This document shows, one piece after another, positions 57,342-64,000 of a stretch of 64,000 bases of DNA. This DNA comes from Vulcanimicrobiota bacterium (GTDB taxonomy: Bacteria; Vulcanimicrobiota; Xenobia; Xenobiales; JADMJV01), in assembly GCA_050250895.1 (NCBI GenBank), contig JBFWNU010000001.1, positions 1,032,008-1,096,007 of the forward strand, given 5' to 3'. Below the pieces are notes generated by a model. The model had not been told where the DNA came from and did no database searches. It saw only the letters and a program-made list of their open reading frames with translations. The position numbers and the translations under genes are program-made. The first letter of the stretch is position 1, and each line of letters opens with the position of its first letter.

Positions 57342-58725
57342 CCTGATTCCGCTCGACGACCGACCGTGTTGCCTCGACTTCGTCGAACGGTTGGCTGCCC
57401 TGGCCGGGGTCAAAGTCAAGACGCCACCCCGGGACCTGCTGGGCAGCTTCACCCGGCCGGGTCAACCAGAAGCTTTGTTGGACTGGCTCGAAGCCCAATC
57501 GGATCGGCGCGTGCTGGCCTCCCTGGACATGGTTTGCTGGGGAGGGCTGGTGGCTTCGCGCCAGCCACACCACCGCCTGGACTCGGCCCTGGCCAGGTTG
57601 GAACGCTTTCACGCCATCACGGCCGGCCGCCAGGTCTATGCTTTCAACGCCATCTTGCGCACAGCCCCCACCCAGACCAGCCCAGAGGAGGTAACCGAAG
57701 CCGAGAAACTGGTGGACCTGTCCGAGATTGCGGCCCGCCTGCACCAGGGCGAAGAACGGCTGCGGGCTGAGTTCGAACGGATTCAAGCCGCCATTGCGCC
57801 CCAACGCCTCGAGGCCTATCACCGCACCCGCCAGCGCAATCATCAGCTCAATGCCCGAGCTATCGAACTTTCGGCCGACTGGAAGGCGCTGCTGATCGGG
57901 GTTGACGACAGCCGCACCGAAGGCTGGAATCTGATGGAACTGGCCCACCTGCAGTCTCAGGCCGGCGGCCTGCCGGTGTGGTTTGCTCCCGGCACCGACG
58001 AGATGGCCCACCTGCTGTTGGTGCGCGCCCTGGGGGTCAAATCCGCCATCTGGCCCGTCTGGAGCCACCCCGGATTGGCAGAGCGGGTGGGCCGCTACGA
58101 GGATCGGCCCATGGGCGCCTTGCTCGAAGCCCAGGCGGCCGCCGCCGGCCTCAAGCTGGGACCCTCCCTACGCAAGCTGTTTCTCTTTGGCCCGCGCGGC
58201 CACCAACGCGAGGCGGACACCCAGAACCGCGGCTCAGGGGCCCGAGCCGAGCGTTTCGCCCGCGAAATCGCAGCCGCCCTCGACGAGGGCGCTCTGGTGA
58301 CCGTGGCCGATGTGAGCTATGCCAACGGGGCGGACCGAGGTTTGGTGCGCTGCCTGCGAACCCACCGCCTATTGTCTCACCTGGTAGGGTTTTCTGCCTG
58401 GAACACCGCTGGCAACACCGTCGGCACGGCCCTGGCGACGCTGGCGCTGTTCGACCCTAAGCGCCGGGCCGAGGCGCGCCGATTTCTGCTCGAGCGACTG
58501 GGGGATGACTTTCTCTATCAGAGCGTGGTGCGCAATCGTCTCAAGGCCCGGTTGGGCGCGGGACTCAAGCTCGAAGGGGCGGCCCTGGCTCAGGCCCAGC
58601 AATTGCTAGACCAGGAAATGAGCGAGCCCTTCGCCCGCCTGAGCCGGGATGTCGGCCTGGAGGACACCCGGGCCCGCTTCGAATTGCCGTGGGGCCGGCT
58701 TTTCGAGGTCAGAGTGACCACCTGA
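57328..58725 (+). CDS. DUF4127 family protein
   Basis: IPLDDRP, SLDMVCWGGLVASR, ADVSYANGAD, AWNTAGNTVG, LPWGRLFE. Confidence 0.88.
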   Translation: MPSLSLIPLDDRPCCLDFVERLAALAGVKVKTPPRDLLGSFTRPGQPEALLDWLEAQSDRRVLASLDMVCWGGLVASRQPHHRLDSALARLERFHAITAGRQVYAFNAILRTAPTQTSPEEVTEAEKLVDLSEIAARLHQGEERLRAEFERIQAAIAPQRLEAYHRTRQRNHQLNARAIELSADWKALLIGVDDSRTEGWNLMELAHLQSQAGGLPVWFAPGTDEMAHLLLVRALGVKSAIWPVWSHPGLAERVGRYEDRPMGALLEAQAAAAGLKLGPSLRKLFLFGPRGHQREADTQNRGSGARAERFAREIAAALDEGALVTVADVSYANGADRGLVRCLRTHRLLSHLVGFSAWNTAGNTVGTALATLALFDPKRRAEARRFLLERLGDDFLYQSVVRNRLKARLGAGLKLEGAALAQAQQLLDQEMSEPFARLSRDVGLEDTRARFELPWGRLFEVRVTT

Positions 58726-59485
58726 GCGAACGACCATCCAGCAAAGCGGGAAAGCGCTCGCGATAGGCTCGCAACTCGGCTCCATCGAAACTGGCCTTCA
58801 GATACGCCGGTTGCGGGCCCGCTTCGGCCACCACCCGCCCCTGCTCGTCGATCAGCATCGAGGCTCCGGGATAGGGGTTGAAGGGATCCTGGCCACAGCG
58901 ATTGACCCCCACCACCACCGCCTGGTTCTCGATAGCCCGAGCCTTGAGCAGGGCGCGCCAATGCTCGACCCGGGGAGCGGGCCAGTTGGCCGGCACCAAA
59001 AACATGTCCACCCCGCGGGCCAGAGCAAGCTCTCTAAAGAGCTCAGGAAAGCGCAGGTCGTAGCAAATCAGGGGCGCCACCGTGAAGCCGTTCCAGGCGA
59101 ACCAGACAAACCGGTCACCGGGTTCGTAATGCCGGCCTTCTTCGCCAAAAGTGAACGGCCGGCGCTTGTCGTAGCGCGCCAGGCGGCCTTCGGGAGAAAA
59201 CACCAGCACGGCGTTGCGCGGCCGAGGCGTGTGGCGCAACGGCACCCCGCCGACGATGGTGATCCCCAGGCGACGCGCCGTCTCGGCCAGAAAGGACGCG
59301 CTGGGACCCTCTTCGGCCTCGGTGACTTCGGCCGTGTTCATCGAGAAGCCCCAGGCGAACATCTCGGGCAAGACGATCAGATCACCGGCCTGAGGCGCGG
59401 CCAGGGCCAGCAACTCCTCCACCCGCTCGAAATTGGCCTCGGGGTCTTCCCAGGCGATGTCGGTCTGCAGGGCGATGACGTGCAT
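58709..59485 (-). CDS. Carbon-nitrogen hydrolase (nitrilase/omega-amidase family)
   Basis: LPEMF, YDK, ICYDLRFPE, ARAIENQ. Confidence 0.93.
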   Translation of the reverse strand: MHVIALQTDIAWEDPEANFERVEELLALAAPQAGDLIVLPEMFAWGFSMNTAEVTEAEEGPSASFLAETARRLGITIVGGVPLRHTPRPRNAVLVFSPEGRLARYDKRRPFTFGEEGRHYEPGDRFVWFAWNGFTVAPLICYDLRFPELFRELALARGVDMFLVPANWPAPRVEHWRALLKARAIENQAVVVGVNRCGQDPFNPYPGASMLIDEQGRVVAEAGPQPAYLKASFDGAELRAYRERFPALLDGRSLRWSL

Positions 59486-59511
59486 GAAGAGATGGTAAGC
59501 TACCCGCTCTT

Positions 59512-61221
59512 TCACCGCAACCACTGGCTCCAACCCCGGCCAGGCCGATGCTCGACCGGCACCGGTAGAGGGGGCTTCACGGGGCGGGCCAGGATGGTTA
59601 CCCGGTCGGGTCCGGCCACGCCATGATCAAGCAGCATCTGGCGGGCTCGGCCCTCAACCCAGGGCTTCTCTAGATAGAGGGTGTGGCGACCGTGATCGGC
59701 CTTCCACACCACCTGGGCCCCCAGGTCGACCACCCGAACGAAGCTGTCGGGGCCCGACGGCAGCTTGACCAGGGCCCCCAGCACCAGGGCCAGAGCCAGC
59801 CACCAGCGAGCTTTGCCGTCCTCGAGCCAGTAGTGCAAGGCGACCCCCAGCGCCAGCAGGGCCAGCAATCCAACCGGGTGCGGGCGCGCCAGAATCAACT
59901 CCGGCGAGACCAGGGCCAGTTTGCCCACCACCCACAGCAGATAATCGGCCAGCGGCTTGAGGGGCCAATACAGCCAGGGGTGACCAAGCAAAGAAGCCAG
60001 CAGTCCCAGCGGCAGGATCAACTCGGCCACCGGGCCCATCAGCAGGTTGGCCACCAAGCCCGTCACCGCCAGCCGGTGAAAGTTCCACCAGGCCACCGGC
60101 AACACCGCCAGGGTGGCCGCCAGCGTCATGGCCGTCGGTTTGGCCAACCAGGCCGGTAGTCGGGACAGGCGGCGCTCCAAACCGGGGGCGAACAGCATCA
60201 GCCCCAGCACGGCCAACACGCTCATCTGAAAGCCCAGATCGAAGAGATAGCCGGGCTTGTAGAGCAAGCAACCCAGGATCGACAGCGACAGCGAGCCGGA
60301 AAGGTCCGAACGGCGCCCCACCGCTGCCGCCAATAAACCCAGGCAAGCCATCACGGCCGCCCGCACCACCGACGGCGAAGCTCCGGCCAGCAAGGCGTAA
60401 AAGCAGGCCCCCACCATGGCCGCAGGAGCCATCCGCCAACTAGCCAATCCCAACGGACGCCCCAACCACAAAATCAAGCCGGCCACGATGGCCACGTTAA
60501 GCCCCGACGCGGCTAACAGGTGGGTCGTCCCGGTCCGCCGGAACTGCTCGAGCAGCTCCGCGTCGAGACCCCTGGTCTCGCCGAAGACGATGCCCGCGAT
60601 CAAGGCCAGACGCCGCGCTTTGAGCCGGCGGGACAAGTTCGCCAGCATGCGGGCTCGAGCGGCCCAGGCCAGCCCGGCCAGACTGGTCGGCCGGGCCGGA
60701 CCCAGACGGTCGGCGAAGCCCTTGAACCGACCCAGGCAAAGTTTGTGTCGCACCCCCTCACGGGCCAGCCAGTCAGCCTGGTCAAAGCCTCCCGGATAGG
60801 CAGCCGCCGAGGGGGCCACCAGCTTGCCGACCAACAACCAGCGGTCTCCCGGCCACAGGTCGAGGGGCTGGTCCGACTCGACGAAGAGCCGGACCGCGCC
60901 CAGGCGGGGACGTCCTTCGAAGTGCTCGGCCAGGAAATGAAAAGCCACTCCCTGGCCGTGACGCCGAGGGGCCTCCAGCACGATGCCGCTGACTTCCACT
61001 TCGAGCCCGTCACAACCGATTAGCGGATCGGGGGGCTGCCAGGCCGCTCGCCCAAATCCGAGCCCGAGAAAGAGGGCCACGACCAGCCCCTGGCGAGCCA
61101 GCGAGGGATAGATCAGACCAAGCCCGGCCAGGCCTACCAGGGCCACCAGCAGTTCTGTTCGAGTCGGCATCATAAGACCCGCCACCAGGCCGGCGCAGGC
61201 CCACCAGTTCCAGCGTTGCAT
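59512..61221 (-). CDS. comEC: ComEC/Rec2 competence membrane protein lacking a full MBL domain
   Basis: DUF4131-like OB region (YPGGFD), THLLAASGLN, SVVRA, GFQMS. Confidence 0.88.
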   Translation of the reverse strand: MQRWNWWACAGLVAGLMMPTRTELLVALVGLAGLGLIYPSLARQGLVVALFLGLGFGRAAWQPPDPLIGCDGLEVEVSGIVLEAPRRHGQGVAFHFLAEHFEGRPRLGAVRLFVESDQPLDLWPGDRWLLVGKLVAPSAAAYPGGFDQADWLAREGVRHKLCLGRFKGFADRLGPARPTSLAGLAWAARARMLANLSRRLKARRLALIAGIVFGETRGLDAELLEQFRRTGTTHLLAASGLNVAIVAGLILWLGRPLGLASWRMAPAAMVGACFYALLAGASPSVVRAAVMACLGLLAAAVGRRSDLSGSLSLSILGCLLYKPGYLFDLGFQMSVLAVLGLMLFAPGLERRLSRLPAWLAKPTAMTLAATLAVLPVAWWNFHRLAVTGLVANLLMGPVAELILPLGLLASLLGHPWLYWPLKPLADYLLWVVGKLALVSPELILARPHPVGLLALLALGVALHYWLEDGKARWWLALALVLGALVKLPSGPDSFVRVVDLGAQVVWKADHGRHTLYLEKPWVEGRARQMLLDHGVAGPDRVTILARPVKPPLPVPVEHRPGRGWSQWLR

Positions 61222-61396
61222 ACTCTCAGCTAAGCCCAGGAATGTTGCCAAAAGTCCGACCAATTGCTTAGCAGAACGTGACCGGAATGTTGCCTGTTGA
61301 TGAACCGCGAACACACGACCGAGCAAGCCAGGAAACCGCGTCGCGAAGCGAGAAAAGAGAGATTGTGAGAAAATTCACAATCTCGGGGAGTGACCG

Positions 61397-62692
61397 ATGC
61401 CGCTGACTCATAGCCGTTCTCAGGCTCTGGTTGCCGAAGCCAGACAATTTCTGCCCGGGGGCGTCAACAGTCCCGTCCGCGCCTTCAAGGCCGTGGGCGG
61501 AGAACCCCTGGTCTTCGAGCGCGCCCACGGAGCCCGGATGGTCGATGTCGATGGCAACGAGTATATCGACTGCGTCGGCTCCTGGGGCCCGATGCTGCTG
61601 GGCCATGCTCACCCCCGGGTGATGAGCAGCGTGGCCGAGGTGCTAACCAACGGACTCTCCTTTGGAGCCACCTGCCCCCACGAGATCGAACTGGCTCGCT
61701 TGATCACCGAACTGATGTCCGGTATCGAAATGGTTCGCCTCGTCAATTCGGGCACCGAGGCCACCATGAGTGCCATTCGGTTAGCCCGCGGGCACACCGG
61801 CCGGGCTGACATCGTCAAGTTCGAGGGCTGCTATCACGGCCACAGCGACTGCCTGTTGGCCAAAGCCGGCTCGGGAGCCATGACCCTGGCCCTACCCGAT
61901 AGCGCCGGCGTGCCAGCCGCCGTCACCCAGAACACCATCATCCTGCCCTTCAACGACCTCGACGCTTTGCGCCGAGTCTTCCAAGAAAAAGGGTCGCAAA
62001 TCGCCGCCGTCATCGTCGAGCCAGTGGCCGGCAACATGGGGGTGGTGCCCCCCAGGCCCGGTTATCTCGAGGGGTTACGCGAGCTGACGGCCGAGTTCGA
62101 GAGCCTGCTGATCTTCGACGAAGTGATGACTTGTTTTCGCGTGGCCCGAGGCGGCGCTCAGGCTCGCTTCGGCATCGAGCCCGACCTGACGTGTCTGGGC
62201 AAAATCGTGGGCGGAGGCATGCCGCTGGCCGCCTATGGTGGCAAACGTGCGATTATGCAGTCGATCGCCCCCCTCGGTCCCGTCTATCAGGCCGGCACGT
62301 TGTCGGGCAACCCGGTGGCCACCACGGCCGGCCGGGCCACGCTCGAGATTCTCAAGGCGCAACCGGAGCTCTATGACCAGCTCGAAGAACGAGGCGCCCA
62401 GCTCGAGGACGCCCTCCAGGCCGCCATCGCCCGCCACCGGTTGACGGCGACCGTCCAACGGGTCGGTTCGATGATGACCCTCTTCTTTGCCGAGGGCCCC
62501 ATTCACGACTACGCCGACGCCAAGCGCTCGGATACCGAGCGCTACGCAACCTACTTTCAAGCCATGCTGGCAGAAGGGATCTACCTGGCGCCGTCGCAGT
62601 TTGAAGCCGCCTTCCTGGGCATCGCCCACGGGGCCCCCGAAATTGAACAGATCATCAGAGCGGCCGACAAAGTCCTGGCAGGATTTGCTTAG
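61397..62692 (+). CDS. hemL: Glutamate-1-semialdehyde 2,1-aminomutase
   Basis: PGGVNSPVRAF, NSGTEATM, GCYHGH, FDEVMT, YQAGTLSGNP. Confidence 0.97.
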   Translation: MPLTHSRSQALVAEARQFLPGGVNSPVRAFKAVGGEPLVFERAHGARMVDVDGNEYIDCVGSWGPMLLGHAHPRVMSSVAEVLTNGLSFGATCPHEIELARLITELMSGIEMVRLVNSGTEATMSAIRLARGHTGRADIVKFEGCYHGHSDCLLAKAGSGAMTLALPDSAGVPAAVTQNTIILPFNDLDALRRVFQEKGSQIAAVIVEPVAGNMGVVPPRPGYLEGLRELTAEFESLLIFDEVMTCFRVARGGAQARFGIEPDLTCLGKIVGGGMPLAAYGGKRAIMQSIAPLGPVYQAGTLSGNPVATTAGRATLEILKAQPELYDQLEERGAQLEDALQAAIARHRLTATVQRVGSMMTLFFAEGPIHDYADAKRSDTERYATYFQAMLAEGIYLAPSQFEAAFLGIAHGAPEIEQIIRAADKVLAGFA

Positions 62693-62708
62693 CCGGAAAG
62701 GTGGAAAT

Positions 62709-63680
62709 GTGGTAATCGCTCCGCTACGGGGTTTGGAGGACGACCTCCAGCTGGTCGAAGCGGCGCTATTGAACATCCTCGAAACCCGCGGGGGCAACCT
62801 CAGATGCCCCGCGGAAGTGCTGTTCCGAACGGGCGGAAAACGATTGCGACCGGCGCTGGTCCTGCTAGCCAGTCGAGCCACCGCAGGGCAATCGCAGGGG
62901 GCTATCCGACTGGCGGCCGCAGTGGAGATGATCCATGGCGCATCCCTCCTGCATGACGATGTGCTCGACGGCACCACGGTGCGTCGAGGAGCTGAAACGC
63001 TCAATTCGACCCACGGGAATCACTTCACCGTCTTGCTGGGCGACTGGCTGCTGTGCCAGGCTTTGCTGGCCATCGCCGAACTGGGTCAGGTCGAGTTGCT
63101 ACAAGTGATTTCGGCCGCCGTGGCCGACATGACCAACGGCCAGATCCTCGAAGCCAACCTGCAAGGCCGAATCGATGTCGCCACCGACCAATATCTGGCC
63201 GTGGTCGAAGGTAAAACCGCCGCCCTGATGGCGGCCGGATGTCGCCTGGCCGCCCTGCTGAGCGGCGCCCCTGACGATCAAGTGGAAGCCCTCACCAGGT
63301 TCGGTCGCAAGCTGGGCCTCGCTTTCCAGATCGTGGATGACGTGCTAGACTACTGGGGGGATGCGAGTGTCCTGGGCAAGCCCACGGGCTCAGACCTGCG
63401 AGAACGGAAATACACCCTGCCGTTCCTAGACGCCTTCTGGCGCTCGGCACCCCACGAACAAACCAAGATCCGCACCCTCTTGGGCAATGGCAAGCTCGAC
63501 AACGGCGGGCTGCTCGAGGTGGTCGAATGGATGGAAGGCTACCAGGCGCGAGAACGGGCCCTACAGATGGCCGTCGATTTCGCTAACGAAGCGCGGGCAG
63601 CGCTGGCAACCCTGCCGCCCAGCCCGGCCAAGGAGTCCCTCGAGCAACTGTTGGCCTACATCACCGAGCGAGAGCGCTAA
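62709..63680 (+). CDS. Polyprenyl diphosphate synthase
   Basis: GGKRLRP, LLHDDVLD..RRG, FQIVDDVLD. Confidence 0.93.
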   Translation: MVIAPLRGLEDDLQLVEAALLNILETRGGNLRCPAEVLFRTGGKRLRPALVLLASRATAGQSQGAIRLAAAVEMIHGASLLHDDVLDGTTVRRGAETLNSTHGNHFTVLLGDWLLCQALLAIAELGQVELLQVISAAVADMTNGQILEANLQGRIDVATDQYLAVVEGKTAALMAAGCRLAALLSGAPDDQVEALTRFGRKLGLAFQIVDDVLDYWGDASVLGKPTGSDLRERKYTLPFLDAFWRSAPHEQTKIRTLLGNGKLDNGGLLEVVEWMEGYQARERALQMAVDFANEARAALATLPPSPAKESLEQLLAYITERER

Positions 63681-64000
63681 TGGAACACTTTGGTGAATAC
63701 GGCTACGTAGCCATCTTCCTGCTAGGAGGAATGGCGTTTGTCGTTTTCAACTTCGGGTTGGCGGCTTTCATCACTCGACTGCTGGCAAGTCACCGCCCCC
63801 ACGCCAGCAAACTCATCGCCTACGAGTGTGGTGAGGCTCCGACCACCGAAGCCTGGGTCCAATACAACGTTCGCTACTATATTTTCGCGATGCTCTTCGT
63901 CTTGTTCGACGTCGAGGCGGCCTTCTTGATCCCCTGGGCGGTTGGTTTCAAAGCCATGGTGGCCGGCCCGCTGGGCCTGTTGGCCCTGGTCGAAATGCTG
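63680..64000 (+). CDS. nuoA: NADH-quinone oxidoreductase subunit A, 3' truncated by the window edge
   Basis: Translation from ATG 63680 gives YECGE..RYYIFAMLFVLFDVEAAFLIPWAV. Confidence 0.93.
   Translation, partial: MEHFGEYGYVAIFLLGGMAFVVFNFGLAAFITRLLASHRPHASKLIAYECGEAPTTEAWVQYNVRYYIFAMLFVLFDVEAAFLIPWAVGFKAMVAGPLGLLALVEML

Noticed and set aside
1-64000. Frequent CTCGAG/TCGA as a HIP1-like iterated palindrome
   Set aside because: Many copies are Leu-Glu or Val/Ile-Glu/Asp codon pairs; a codon-aware count is needed and was not run

Overview
High-GC chromosomal window from a diderm Terrabacteria-type organism. SLH-porins, DUF3084, lptBFG beside yqgF, smc and DUF4127 suggest Ca. Eremiobacterota or a relative, which is an inference only. 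Most of it is housekeeping: dnaE, proB, prfB with a +1 frameshift, secA, lptC/B/FG, nfo, smc, comEC, hemL, a polyprenyl synthase and nuoA, plus proteases and lineage-specific genes. No transposase, integrase, phage gene, tRNA/rRNA or CRISPR array was seen. Features the ORF track misses: (1) a thioredoxin-fold gene read through an in-frame UGA with a SECIS-like hairpin (WUPC); (2) a module of a MerR-HTH protein with a QLDLF clamp-type motif, two perfect inverted DnaA boxes and a near-consensus sigma70 promoter driving an unassigned ~140-nt structured RNA; (3) a probable 6S RNA; (4) a ~55-nt terminator-ended sRNA candidate; (5) a 39-codon ORF behind an exact TGTCACA-N16-CGTC ECF-type promoter; (6) an 11-bp-period direct-repeat motif at four promoters; (7) a REP-like repeat array. 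All product calls come from motif recognition by eye; no database search was run.
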